IMG/VR virus record: IMGVR_UViG_3300036823_000383
Coordinates: 9,434-73,433 of that record
DNA from: a virus
Strand: one strand, 5' to 3'
Length of the DNA: 64,000 nt
How positions within the stretch are numbered: the stretch's first letter is position 1; each line of letters starts with the position of its first letter. Positions 1-9,431 of this stretch are shown here, in pieces. The notes under the pieces are model-generated. The model saw only the letters and a list, made by a program, of their open reading frames with translations, ran no database searches and had not been told where the DNA came from. The position numbers were made by a program, and so were the translations under genes.

Positions 1-2
1 GG

Positions 3-419
3 GTCGCGACCCCTGCGACGCCCATGGCGCTCGTCAACGCCACGTGGTCGGGCCCGTTGGGCCAGGACGACGGCGGTCAGCCCCGGGGGTTCCGCGACAT
101 GAAGCGCGAGGCCTCCGTCTCCGGCGCCGAGGTCCGCGTGCGTTACGCCGTCGAAGTGAGCGACCGTGCGGTCGCCAGTCGCGCCGCCGAGGAGTATCGC
201 GCCGAGCTCCTCGCGAACGGCGCAGTGAGCGTCATCCTCGAGGAAGAGGTCATCGCGACGACGCGCGCCCGCGTCCCCGAGATCACGAGCGCCCTGACGA
301 TCGCCGAGAAGCTCTCGACGCTTTGGGCTGCGCGCGGCGAGGAGATTCCGGCGCCGGCGCGCGAGCGGCTGTTCACGAAGGTGACTGCTCTGGAGGAGGA
401 AGCCCGTGCTGCAGCTTGA
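3..419 (+). CDS. C-terminal part of SbcD/Mre11-like nuclease (5' truncated by window edge)
   Basis: Frame open from window start; overlaps the start of the SbcC-like gene; catalytic motifs lie outside the window, so the call is positional. Confidence 0.55.
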   Translation, partial: VATPATPMALVNATWSGPLGQDDGGQPRGFRDMKREASVSGAEVRVRYAVEVSDRAVASRAAEEYRAELLANGAVSVILEEEVIATTRARVPEITSALTIAEKLSTLWAARGEEIPAPARERLFTKVTALEEEARAAA

Positions 420-2853
420 GCGCGTCGAGTATCACAACGTCGGTCCGTTCTCGGACTTCGTCGTCGATCTGTCGAAGTACGCCGACAAGCTCCTGATCGC
501 CGTCTGCGGCGAAAACGGGGTGGGGAAGTCCTTCTTCCTCGAGTCCGCGTTCGCCGGTGCGATGTATCGGACGATGCCCACTCAGGGCACGCTCGTGAAG
601 CGAGCCACGGCGAAGGACTCGTGGATGCAATCCACGCTCGTGAACGGTGCTACGCGGACGTTTCGGCATGTCCTCGACGGCGTGTCCGGCAAGTCCGAGG
701 CCGTCGTCCTCGACGAGCATGGCATCTCGGTCCTGCCGGACTCGAAGGTGCGGTCGTTCGACGCTTGGGCGGCGAAGCACTGCCCGCCGCCGGAGGTCAC
801 GTTCGCCTCGCTCTTCGCCGCGCAGAACTCATCGGGGTTCCTCGGCGCGAAGCCCGCTGAGCGCAAGGCCATCCTGCTCCGGGTGCTCGGCATCGAGCGG
901 CTCGAGCTCCTCGCCGCTCGCGCCCGCGAGCACGTCCGCGACACGCGGGTTGCGATCAACACGCTCACCAGCCGGATCGACGACGAGAAGCGGCGCGCCA
1001 CCGGCGATCCGGCCGAGATCGAGAAGGAATTAGACGCAGCTCGAGCCGGCGTCGCGACCGCTGAGCAGTCCCTTGTCGCCGCCCGTGCTGCTGTCGATGC
1101 CGCGCGAGCGGGCGCCGTGCTCATCGAGCAGCGGACCTGGGAGTTCAACGCCGTCCGAGACCGCCGTGAGGAACTCTTTACACGCCTTGCGGCGAAGCGC
1201 TCGGAGATCGCTGACATCGAGGAACGGATCGCCAACAACCGGAACATCCTCATCGACGCGGTGAAGATCCGCGCGGCAGAGACTCGGCTCGTCGAACTCC
1301 GCGCCGAAGCTGCATCGCTCGAGACGTCGGTTCGGACGCACGAAGTCGCTCGCCTTACCGCGGTGCGGGAGCGCGACGGGCACGAGCGTTCGCGAGTCGC
1401 CGCAGAGGGCAGGGCAGCCGACGCGCGGGCTCGGCGCGCTCGGGCCGAGAAGCGGCTCGCGGATCGGTCGGTCATCGAGGAGGCCGCCCGCGTCCTCCCA
1501 GCCCGGCGTGAGGCGCTCGCGTCCGCGACGGAGGCCGTCGAAGCAGCTCGTCAGGCGCTCGAGGAGCTCCGCGGGCAGCGCCTCGACGGCGCCGCGGAGC
1601 GGATCGGTTCGCTCCGCCAGGGTCTGACGAACATCGCCGGGGATTGGGAACCGGACACGGGACTCGATTACGCCAAGCAGGAAGCACTCAATCGCCTCTC
1701 ACTCGATGACGATGCGGTCGAGGAGGCGAGAGAATTCCCAGCCCGGCTCCGAGCTGCCGAGCAGGCCGTCCGCGAGGCGGATGACGCCAGGGCGCACGAG
1801 GAAATCGCCGTCCGTCGGTTCGAGCCACTCGCGGCCCGCGTCAGCGATCTGGCTGCTGCCGAGCAGGATACGAAGGACGCTGACGAGGCGGCGAACAAGG
1901 CCATCGAGGAGGCCGACGCCGCGAGAGTCGCCCGAGGACTGGCGGATGCGACGGCCGTGGACCGTGAGGAGCAGCGTGCCGCCGCGCAGGCCCGGGTGGT
2001 GGTGCTCGACCAGGAGATCGCCGTCGCCGTTCCGCTGGCCGCGCGAGTGACGAAGCTCGCCGAAGCAACGGCGCGCATCGCGACCCACGAGCAACGTCTC
2101 GCGTCCGTCCGAGCGGAGCTCGCTCAGATCGATACCGACCTGACGGCCACACCCGAGCCGTCGGCGCCTCCCCCGATTCCCGACGTCGCTGCGTGCGCGT
2201 CAGCCGCGGACGCCGCGGAGAGCGAGGCGAGGCGCGCCGCGACGTCAGTCGCAGCCCTGGAGCAGCGTCTCGCGGACGCCCGCGCCTCCGAGGAGCGCCT
2301 CGCCGTTCTCACGAACGAACGAGGGGAGCACGACGACGAGCTCGCGGAGTGGACCCGGCTCGCCGCGGACATCGGGCGGGACGGCATCCAGGCGCTCGAG
2401 ATCGACGCCGCCGGGCCCGAGCTCACGGAGATGGTGAACGACCTGCTCCATTCGTGCTTCGGCACTCGCTGGACGATATCCATCGAGACAACGCGGCTCT
2501 CGGCCGACGGCAAGCGTCAGCTCGAAGGCTGCGAGGTGATGGTGATCGACACGGTGTCCGGGCGCACCGCCGAGGCGGCCGACTTCAGCGGCGGTGAGAA
2601 AGCCATTCTTGAGACGGCGACGAGTCTCGGCCTGATGATGCTCGCCTGCAAGCGGGCGGGGTCGAAGGACTGCACTCTCGTCCGTGACGAGTCCGGCGCG
2701 GCCGTCTCGAAGGGCAACGTGCGGGCCTACGTGGCGATGCTCCGGCGGGCCGCGGAGCGTGTCGGCGCGCGTCACGTCCTGCTCGTCTCGCACGTGCCCG
2801 AGGTGGTCGAGCTGTGCGACGACCGCATCAACATCCCGAGAGCGGCGGCGTGA
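406..2853 (+). CDS. SbcC/Rad50-like SMC-family ATPase
   Basis: Walker A GENGVGKS, long coiled coil, signature FSGGEK, Walker B LVRDES, H-loop LVSH. Confidence 0.92.
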   Translation: MLQLERVEYHNVGPFSDFVVDLSKYADKLLIAVCGENGVGKSFFLESAFAGAMYRTMPTQGTLVKRATAKDSWMQSTLVNGATRTFRHVLDGVSGKSEAVVLDEHGISVLPDSKVRSFDAWAAKHCPPPEVTFASLFAAQNSSGFLGAKPAERKAILLRVLGIERLELLAARAREHVRDTRVAINTLTSRIDDEKRRATGDPAEIEKELDAARAGVATAEQSLVAARAAVDAARAGAVLIEQRTWEFNAVRDRREELFTRLAAKRSEIADIEERIANNRNILIDAVKIRAAETRLVELRAEAASLETSVRTHEVARLTAVRERDGHERSRVAAEGRAADARARRARAEKRLADRSVIEEAARVLPARREALASATEAVEAARQALEELRGQRLDGAAERIGSLRQGLTNIAGDWEPDTGLDYAKQEALNRLSLDDDAVEEAREFPARLRAAEQAVREADDARAHEEIAVRRFEPLAARVSDLAAAEQDTKDADEAANKAIEEADAARVARGLADATAVDREEQRAAAQARVVVLDQEIAVAVPLAARVTKLAEATARIATHEQRLASVRAELAQIDTDLTATPEPSAPPPIPDVAACASAADAAESEARRAATSVAALEQRLADARASEERLAVLTNERGEHDDELAEWTRLAADIGRDGIQALEIDAAGPELTEMVNDLLHSCFGTRWTISIETTRLSADGKRQLEGCEVMVIDTVSGRTAEAADFSGGEKAILETATSLGLMMLACKRAGSKDCTLVRDESGAAVSKGNVRAYVAMLRRAAERVGARHVLLVSHVPEVVELCDDRINIPRAAA

Positions 2854-3038
2854 ACGCGCAGTGGTTCGAAGTGACGACGGTTCTCGGCAAGACGTTCCGC
2901 GTGCTCGTCGTCAACGAGCGCGTTGCCGCGACGACGTGTCCGGAGGAGGCCGACGTCGGGTCGCTCTGGGCGGACGAGTGCCGCGACTTCGACCTGGCGG
3001 GCTGGACCGTGCGCCAGCTCCCGAGGGATCGGTCGTGA
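2850..3038 (+). CDS. hypothetical protein
   Basis: GTGA overlap with neighbours at both ends. Confidence 0.6.
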   Translation: MNAQWFEVTTVLGKTFRVLVVNERVAATTCPEEADVGSLWADECRDFDLAGWTVRQLPRDRS

Positions 3039-3226
3039 CCTGGTTCCGCTGCACCTGGGTCGACCGGTGCGAGACGTACGTCCGCATGGTCGCGGTTGCC
3101 GAAGGCCGCATCGCGGGCAGCGACATCGCTTACCCGTTCGGATTCGGCAGGGAGTGGAAGGAGGCCAGCGCCTTCGCTCTCCGGATGGGGTGGACGATCG
3201 AGCGTCTCGAGCCGGCCGAGGAATGA
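3035..3226 (+). CDS. hypothetical protein
   Basis: GTGA/ATGA overlaps at both ends. Confidence 0.6.
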   Translation: MTWFRCTWVDRCETYVRMVAVAEGRIAGSDIAYPFGFGREWKEASAFALRMGWTIERLEPAEE

Positions 3227-3600
3227 ACAAGAAGTGGCTCCTATCCAAGGACATCTACGGTCGCGAGCACGACCCGATCACGCGCGAGCGCGATCCCGAA
3301 TCCGATCCGAAGCACCTCGCGTGGATCCGTTCGCTCCCGTGCGCTGTGCTCGCACATCCGTTGCCAGGCTCGACGCGGTGCCGCTTCCCGGTCGAGGCGC
3401 ATCATCCGACGGGGGCAGGCCTGGCACTACGCGATGGGGACGCGGGCGCGATCCCGCTGTGCGGAAAACATCATCGCGAGGAGCTGCACCTCTTCGCCGG
3501 ATCGTTCCTCGGCTGGTCGAAAGAACGCATCCACGAGTGGGAGCGCGCGATGTCTGACTTGTACGAGCGCCTTGGGGTGCTGCGAAGGGAACTGCGATGA
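3223..3600 (+). CDS. DUF968-like / HNH-type putative nuclease
   Basis: HLAWIRSLPC..C...EAHH...AIPLCGKHH..LH pattern. Confidence 0.75.
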   Translation: MNKKWLLSKDIYGREHDPITRERDPESDPKHLAWIRSLPCAVLAHPLPGSTRCRFPVEAHHPTGAGLALRDGDAGAIPLCGKHHREELHLFAGSFLGWSKERIHEWERAMSDLYERLGVLRRELR

Positions 3601-4502
3601 GCGAACGAGCCGGCTACCTCCACGTCCACGACATGAGCGTGCACGTGTGGGAGGACACCGTCGAAGAGAAGGGGATCCGTGAAGTGTACGGTTCGATCCT
3701 CGCTGGCCTCCGAGGAAGGGGCTTCGCGACGAGACGCGACCCCGACGTGGAAAGGAGATGGCCCACGCTCGCCCCGTGGAATCACGTGGGCGAGAAGCGT
3801 GGCATCGAGTTCCACGCGAACACCTCGGGGCGGCACATCGAGCTGAGCTTCTTTCAAAACGTCAACCGCGGGCCGAACCCGAACTCCAACGGGGGCCGCT
3901 ACGACTTCGACAAGTTCGCTCGACTGCCTCGGTACATGCGTCTGCACGCCGTCGCCGAAGTCGTGGCGGTGCTTGAGAAGCTGCGCCTGAACTATGGCTA
4001 CGCGCTGAGCGCCGCACTCCGGAGCTCTGAGCCACTCGGGCGCGCCGTACTCCGCGTGCAGGAAGGTCGCCTCGACGAGGGCGATGCACTTGGCGCGTTC
4101 AACCGTTCGTGGTCGGCAGATCGTTTCGTCCGTGGCCCGGACGGCTGGCCCGCGAAGAGCGAGTTCAAGTCGTGGCCCTACTACGACCGAGACGGCATCG
4201 AGCTGCAGAGCGGTGACGTCCGGTACGCTCGCGTCGATGGGCGGCTCGTCCGTGGGACGGCGCACCCCGGCGTAAACGGGCAGTGGTTCCTCGTCTCACA
4301 CGGCGAAAGCCTCGGCTCGCACCTGCACGCGAAGGCCCTCTTTCGGTGCGAGCACCCGGAGCTGGAGCCACGACGCCTCGTCCTGGGGCAGCCCGAGCGG
4401 CTTCATCGTGAGCTCGAAAAGCTGACCAAGGCGCGGTCGTATCGGCGAGTTGCCGCCGTGGGTGCGACGCTCGCCCGCCTCGAATCGGGAGCGGCAGCGT
4501 GA
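3597..4502 (+). CDS. phage hypothetical protein (301 aa)
   Basis: Long ORF coupled at both ends, protein-like composition. Confidence 0.8.
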   Translation: MSERAGYLHVHDMSVHVWEDTVEEKGIREVYGSILAGLRGRGFATRRDPDVERRWPTLAPWNHVGEKRGIEFHANTSGRHIELSFFQNVNRGPNPNSNGGRYDFDKFARLPRYMRLHAVAEVVAVLEKLRLNYGYALSAALRSSEPLGRAVLRVQEGRLDEGDALGAFNRSWSADRFVRGPDGWPAKSEFKSWPYYDRDGIELQSGDVRYARVDGRLVRGTAHPGVNGQWFLVSHGESLGSHLHAKALFRCEHPELEPRRLVLGQPERLHRELEKLTKARSYRRVAAVGATLARLESGAAA

Positions 4503-6088
4503 GACCTCCTGTCCTACGCGCCACGTTCGAGCCCACCGAGATGCTCGTCGACAACTTCGCCGGGGGCGGCGGGGCGTCCGAGGGTATCAAACGCGCCGTC
4601 CGCGCCCCGGACGTCGCGATCAATCACAACCCGGTCGCGCTCGCGATGCACCGCGCGAACCATCCAGAGACGCGGCACTACTGCGAAGACATCTGGGCAG
4701 CGGAGCCGCGCGAGGTGTGCTCCGGGCGTCGCGTCGGTTGGATCTGGTTCTCGCCCGACTGCACGTTCTTCTCAAAGGCTCGCGGAGCGAAGCCGATGCG
4801 GGACGCCGAGAGACGCGTGCGCGGGCTGGCATGGGTCGTTCCTCGCTGGATCCGAGCGGTGTGGCCTCGCGGGTTCCTGCTCGAAAACGTCGAAGAGTTC
4901 GAGGATTGGGGACCGCTCGGAGAAGATGGGCTTCCTGACAAGGGGCGCGCCGGGCGCACGTTCCGCGCGTGGGTCGCGCAGATCCGCGGGCTTGGGTACG
5001 CCGTCGAGTGGCGTCAACTCGTTTGCGCGGACTACGGCTCGCCGACTACTCGAAAGCGGCTGTACCTCATCGGTCGCCGCGACGGTCAGCCGATCGTTTG
5101 GCCGGAGCCGACGCACGGAAAGCATCGTCCGCAGCCGTGGCGCGCGACGTCCGAGATCATCGATTGGAGCCTCCCCGTCCGGTCGGTCTTCGGTCGCAAG
5201 AAACCGCTGGCGGAAGCGACGATGCGTCGAATCGCGAAGGGCCTGCAGCGCTACGTCGTCAATGCGCCGAACCCGTTCGTGATTCCCGTGACGCACCAGG
5301 GTGACTCCCGCGTGTATTCGATCGACGGTCCGTTGCCCACGGTGACGGGCGCGCACCGCGGCGAGCTTGCTCTGGTCAATCCGTTCGTCGTTCGGACCGG
5401 GCACTACTCCACCAAAACGGGCGCCGGCATCGAAGAAGGGCGCGGATGCGGCACCTTCCGGGGGCAGCCTCTCGACACGCCCCTCGGGACGATCTGCCGA
5501 ACGAATGACAAGAACCTCGTCTGTCCGATTATCACGAAGCACTACGGCGACCCGGACCGAGTCGCTGGAGGCGGGACCGTAGTCGGGCACTCCGTCGATC
5601 GCCCGCTCGGGACGGTGACGTCACGGGACCACCACTCGCTGACAACGGCCTGGCTCACGAAGTACTACGGCACGGCAACCGGCTCGTCGATGGACGCGCC
5701 GCTGCCCACGATCACTGCGAACGATCGCGGGGGCGGCCACCTCGCCGAGGTCCGGGCCTTCCTGATCAAGTACTACGGCGCGCAGTCCGGACAGCAGCAA
5801 AGCCTGTTCGACCCACTGCACACGGTGACGAGCAAGGCGCGCTTCGCCCTCGTGACGGTGTACGGGGAACTCTACGAGATCGTCGACATTGGGATGCGAA
5901 TGCTGGCGCCTCGCGAGCTGTTCAGCGCGCAAGGCTTCGGCCCCGAGTACATCATCGATCTGGAGCACAACGGGAAGCGGCTCACGAAAAGTGACCAGAC
6001 AGAGCTCTGCGGCAACAGCCAGAGCCCCGACGTCGCCGAGGCACTCCTCGCGGCAAACACGGGACGGACCAGGTCGGTGGCAGCGTGA
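4499..6088 (+). CDS. DNA (cytosine-5) methyltransferase
   Basis: Motif I FAGGGG, catalytic SPDC, ENV, RKRLY, C-terminal GNS. Confidence 0.95.
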   Translation: MRPPVLRATFEPTEMLVDNFAGGGGASEGIKRAVRAPDVAINHNPVALAMHRANHPETRHYCEDIWAAEPREVCSGRRVGWIWFSPDCTFFSKARGAKPMRDAERRVRGLAWVVPRWIRAVWPRGFLLENVEEFEDWGPLGEDGLPDKGRAGRTFRAWVAQIRGLGYAVEWRQLVCADYGSPTTRKRLYLIGRRDGQPIVWPEPTHGKHRPQPWRATSEIIDWSLPVRSVFGRKKPLAEATMRRIAKGLQRYVVNAPNPFVIPVTHQGDSRVYSIDGPLPTVTGAHRGELALVNPFVVRTGHYSTKTGAGIEEGRGCGTFRGQPLDTPLGTICRTNDKNLVCPIITKHYGDPDRVAGGGTVVGHSVDRPLGTVTSRDHHSLTTAWLTKYYGTATGSSMDAPLPTITANDRGGGHLAEVRAFLIKYYGAQSGQQQSLFDPLHTVTSKARFALVTVYGELYEIVDIGMRMLAPRELFSAQGFGPEYIIDLEHNGKRLTKSDQTELCGNSQSPDVAEALLAANTGRTRSVAA

Positions 6089-6894
6089 TCGCCTCCGTCT
6101 GCCAGCGCTGGCGCGATCGCGCGGGCTCCTACCGCCCTGCGGGCGAGCCCATCCGGACGAGCGCGTACGACGTTGCAGAGATCACGACGGACCGGGAGGC
6201 GCGCGCCTTCGTCGAGCGGCACCACTATAGCGGCTCGTACCCGGCGGCCCTGCGGCGCTTCGGGCTCTACCGTGGCGCCGAGCTCGTCGGCGTGGCCGTG
6301 CTGTCACAGCCCGCGAGCCAGGCCGCGCTCGATGCCGCGCTCCCATTCGCCGACGACGGCCGCGCGGAGCTCGGGCGCTTCGTGCTCCTCGACGAGGTCC
6401 CCGCGAACGGGGAGAGCTGGTTCCTTGCCCGCTGCTTCGAGCTGGCGCGCCGTGAGGGGTTCGTCGCCATCGTGGCGCACTCCGACCCCGAGCCGCGTCG
6501 CGCCGCCGGTGCCGTCGTCTTCGTCGGGCACATCGGCACGATCTACCAGGCGACGAACGCGACCTACGTGGGGCGCACGGCGCGCCGCACGCGGCGGATG
6601 TTCGCCGACGGTACCGTTCTGTCGGACGCGGCGCTCTCGAAGCTCCGTAGTCGACGGAAGGGCTGGCGCTACGCGACGGAGCTCCTCATGGCGCACGGCG
6701 CGCCCCCGCCGGCTCGAGAGCTCATGCCCGGCGCGGACTGGCGTGCATGGGTGCGTGAGGCCGTAGACGCCACCACGACCGCCTTCCGACACGGCGGCAA
6801 CCATCGCTACGTGTGGGCGCTCGATCGCCGCCTGCGGCGCGCGCTTCCCGCATCGATGGCGTACCCGAAGTGGGAAAGCGCGGTGGCAGCGTGA
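6085..6894 (+). CDS. Mom-family adenine modification protein (GNAT-like)
   Basis: FVERHHYSG, ELGRFVLLDEVPANGESWFLARC, HSDP, GHIGTIYQATN motifs typical of Mu Mom homologues. Confidence 0.85.
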   Translation: MIASVCQRWRDRAGSYRPAGEPIRTSAYDVAEITTDREARAFVERHHYSGSYPAALRRFGLYRGAELVGVAVLSQPASQAALDAALPFADDGRAELGRFVLLDEVPANGESWFLARCFELARREGFVAIVAHSDPEPRRAAGAVVFVGHIGTIYQATNATYVGRTARRTRRMFADGTVLSDAALSKLRSRRKGWRYATELLMAHGAPPPARELMPGADWRAWVREAVDATTTAFRHGGNHRYVWALDRRLRRALPASMAYPKWESAVAA

Positions 6895-6914
6895 AGGTCG
6901 AGTGGATGAACGGG

Positions 6915-7709
6915 CTATTCCTCATCTTCCACGTCCGTCTTTTCGCGTTCAGCCGCGGCGGATTCGTCAGCCATTTTGTCTATGGCCTGCTTGAAACGCT
7001 GACCCGCCTTGACTTCCTCAGCAGTAAGCGGTCGCCCGGCCCTCTCCATTTCGAGAAGGTCGATCATGGCATGGCGCTTGAACCTCTCCGTCTTTGTGGG
7101 GTCTCGCAAGAGCCTGAGAATCAAATCACCGTCGCTTTTCGGTGGCGTGCGCTCTCTTCGAAGCGCACGAACGGTCTCGAGAATCTCCTTCAGCATGTCG
7201 TCCGTTTGCCGAGGAGGCGGCGCATCCGGTGCATCGCCCAGGTTGGCGAGAACATTCTCCAGTGTTGGCCACGCGCCGTTGAACAGGCGCTCCAGTCGAG
7301 CATCCGGCAATGGATCGGGAAGCTGCGAGTTGATGGTGCGGATCAACTCCAGCGTGCCTTCCTTCGTCGCCTTCTTGATCTGAAACTGCGTCAGCGGACC
7401 CGGCTCGAGGTCCTCGGTCTCCATGCGCACGAGGTACGGGCAAACAAGCGCGGCGTCGAACTGCTTCGCGAGTGCGCCCGCCTCGAAGAGCAACCACGGC
7501 TGCCGCTGGTTCTCGGGTGTTACGACGAGGATGCCGACCTTGGATTCCGCGAGCACCGTGGCGACCTGGTCGCTCCATCGCGCACCAGCGCGGATCCCTT
7601 CAGAGGACATCCATGGCTTCGCCGCCTGGAGAACGTCCCCGATCCACGTATGCAGCTCCTTCGCAACCGTTTGGCTGCGCCCCTTCGACCAGCTGATGAA
7701 AACCCTCAT
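6915..7709 (-). CDS. TIR-domain protein with helical C-terminal extension
   Basis: MRVFISWS, PWMSSEGIRAGARW, PWLLFEAGAL (catalytic Glu present), PGPLTQFQ. Confidence 0.9.
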   Translation of the reverse strand: MRVFISWSKGRSQTVAKELHTWIGDVLQAAKPWMSSEGIRAGARWSDQVATVLAESKVGILVVTPENQRQPWLLFEAGALAKQFDAALVCPYLVRMETEDLEPGPLTQFQIKKATKEGTLELIRTINSQLPDPLPDARLERLFNGAWPTLENVLANLGDAPDAPPPRQTDDMLKEILETVRALRRERTPPKSDGDLILRLLRDPTKTERFKRHAMIDLLEMERAGRPLTAEEVKAGQRFKQAIDKMADESAAAEREKTDVEDEE

Positions 7710-7717
7710 TATCGCGG

Positions 7718-7723
7718 AGCGTA
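7718..7723 (-). promoter_or_regulatory. putative -10 element (TACGCT) 8 nt before TIR ATG
   Basis: TANNNT hexamer, no Shine-Dalgarno before the ATG. Confidence 0.45.
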
Positions 7724-7765
7724 CCGCGGACAGTTCCCCTCGCGAACACTTCCGGAGCAACCGGC

Positions 7766-7882
7766 ATGAAAAGCCTTCGAATCTCGTTGGAGATGTTCGC
7801 CGAAGAGCTCGAAGACGACCGCGACGAGGCAGAGGCGTGGCGCGAGGAGACGACGGAGCTGCTCAAGGAGACCGAGCCGTGA
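7766..7882 (+). CDS. small acidic protein (38 aa)
   Basis: GGAG upstream; stop overlaps next GTG. Confidence 0.5.
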   Translation: MKSLRISLEMFAEELEDDRDEAEAWREETTELLKETEP

Positions 7883-8355
7883 CCCGCTGTCTCGTTGATG
7901 ACTGCGCCGGAGAGCTCCGCGTCGGGCTCGATGGAGGGATCGGCTGCTCGACCTGCCAGCGCGCGTTCGGGTCGGAGTCTTTGTTCCGCCAGATCGACCA
8001 GCTGCGAGCGGTTGCCGCCGGCGCGCCGTCCGTCATCGAGGAACTCTCACGTCTGCGCACGCTCATCAACACGCCTCGGATCGACGACTTTCTCGAAGCT
8101 GTCCGGCTCGAAGCGGCGCACCAAGCGGAGCGCTTCGGCGTCGTGCACGACGGCGGCAAGGCGCCATCGGATTGGTTCTGGCTCCTCGGCTTCCTCTCGG
8201 GCAAGGCGCTCGCGGCCGCGGTGAAAGGCGACACCGACAAGGCGTTGCACCACTGCATCTCGTCGGCAGCGGTGCTGCTGAACTGGCACGCGCATCTGTC
8301 GGGTGCGCGTCGCGGCATGCGGCCGGGCATCGCGCCGCCGGAGGACATCCGATGA
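7879..8355 (+). CDS. phage protein, possibly MazG-like all-alpha fold
   Basis: EAAHQAERFG..HDGGKAPSDWFWLLG motif; coupled at both ends. Confidence 0.6.
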   Translation: MTRCLVDDCAGELRVGLDGGIGCSTCQRAFGSESLFRQIDQLRAVAAGAPSVIEELSRLRTLINTPRIDDFLEAVRLEAAHQAERFGVVHDGGKAPSDWFWLLGFLSGKALAAAVKGDTDKALHHCISSAAVLLNWHAHLSGARRGMRPGIAPPEDIR

Positions 8356-8603
8356 GCACGTTCTGGTGCTGGGAGGCGGAGAACGAAGAGTCTGACGATG
8401 CGGAGCAGGTCGACGCTTACGATGCCGAGTGCGCCGCTGAGAAGTACATCGAGAGCCGGTGGTCCGACTTCGATCACCCTGAGACGTCGTCGGTGGACGT
8501 GCGCGATGCGCAGGGGACCGTGACGCGCTGGACGGTCACGACCGAGCCGACGGTCGTCTTTCATGCGTCCCGCAAGAAGCTCGACGTCAAGGAGTTGCCG
8601 TGA
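8352..8603 (+). CDS. hypothetical acidic protein
   Basis: GGAGG RBS, ATGA overlap. Confidence 0.7.
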   Translation: MSTFWCWEAENEESDDAEQVDAYDAECAAEKYIESRWSDFDHPETSSVDVRDAQGTVTRWTVTTEPTVVFHASRKKLDVKELP

Positions 8604-8743
8604 ATCCCGCTCCGACGCTTCCCATCATCGAAGCCGGCGTCGAGTGCACGCGCGTGGTGCACGGCGTCGGCGTGGCCGTCCTCGTTCGGCGCGATGAGCA
8701 CGGTTTCATCTTCCGCCGCACCTACCGGAGGAACCGTCGATGA
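8600..8743 (+). CDS. hypothetical protein (47 aa)
   Basis: GTGA/ATGA overlaps; below ORF-track cutoff. Confidence 0.55.
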   Translation: MNPAPTLPIIEAGVECTRVVHGVGVAVLVRRDEHGFIFRRTYRRNRR

Positions 8744-9174
8744 AAGACGAGTGGACCGCCGAGGAATGGGCGGCGATGGTGCCGGCAGACGTCGGACTCA
8801 CCCGCAAGCCCGCGGTGAAGTACGAGTGCGACGGCTCGTGCGGGCACGTGTTCCGATGCCGCTCGCCGGGGATGCGTTTCGCGTGCGGCCGCTGGTTCTG
8901 CGCATGCCCGGGCGGCTCGGACGACAACCGATGCGCGGAGTGCTGGTGCCGGCTCGACCGGGCGGCGCCGGGACTGATCCGCAAGCTGCTGCGCGGCTCA
9001 GCGTGGCTCGCCGAGACGACGCTCTGCAGGCTCATCGCGGGCGAGGACGAGCATCCGGTGGTCGTCGATGCGCTGTTTCAGCTCGTCGTCGACAAGCAGA
9101 TCGAGTGGTTCGGCGACAACGCGCGCCGTGGCGCTCCGCTCCGGTACCGGCTCACGCGTCGAAAGGCCGCCTGA
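8740..9174 (+). CDS. Cys-rich hypothetical protein
   Basis: Several Cys pairs; GGAGG RBS; coupled. Confidence 0.65.
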   Translation: MKDEWTAEEWAAMVPADVGLTRKPAVKYECDGSCGHVFRCRSPGMRFACGRWFCACPGGSDDNRCAECWCRLDRAAPGLIRKLLRGSAWLAETTLCRLIAGEDEHPVVVDALFQLVVDKQIEWFGDNARRGAPLRYRLTRRKAA

Positions 9175-9431
9175 TGAGCACCGTCGACGAGCATCCCGTC
9201 CACCGCGCAGCCCGCCAGCTCGCCGAGTGGGCCTACTGCGACTCGATGATCGAGCTCAATCGCTCGAAGCTCCGGGAGCTTTTGAGCGAGGACGAGCAGA
9301 CGTCGGGGTACCTGCCCAGCGACGAGCAGTGCATGCAGTTCATTTGCGGTGGTGACGACGGCGCTCCTCCCCCTGACCTGGTCCGCGACTTCCCAAAGAC
9401 GCACGCCTGGCTCGAGGAGTTCTGGTCGTGA
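9174..9431 (+). CDS. hypothetical protein
   Basis: TGATG overlap. Confidence 0.65.
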   Translation: MSTVDEHPVHRAARQLAEWAYCDSMIELNRSKLRELLSEDEQTSGYLPSDEQCMQFICGGDDGAPPPDLVRDFPKTHAWLEEFWS

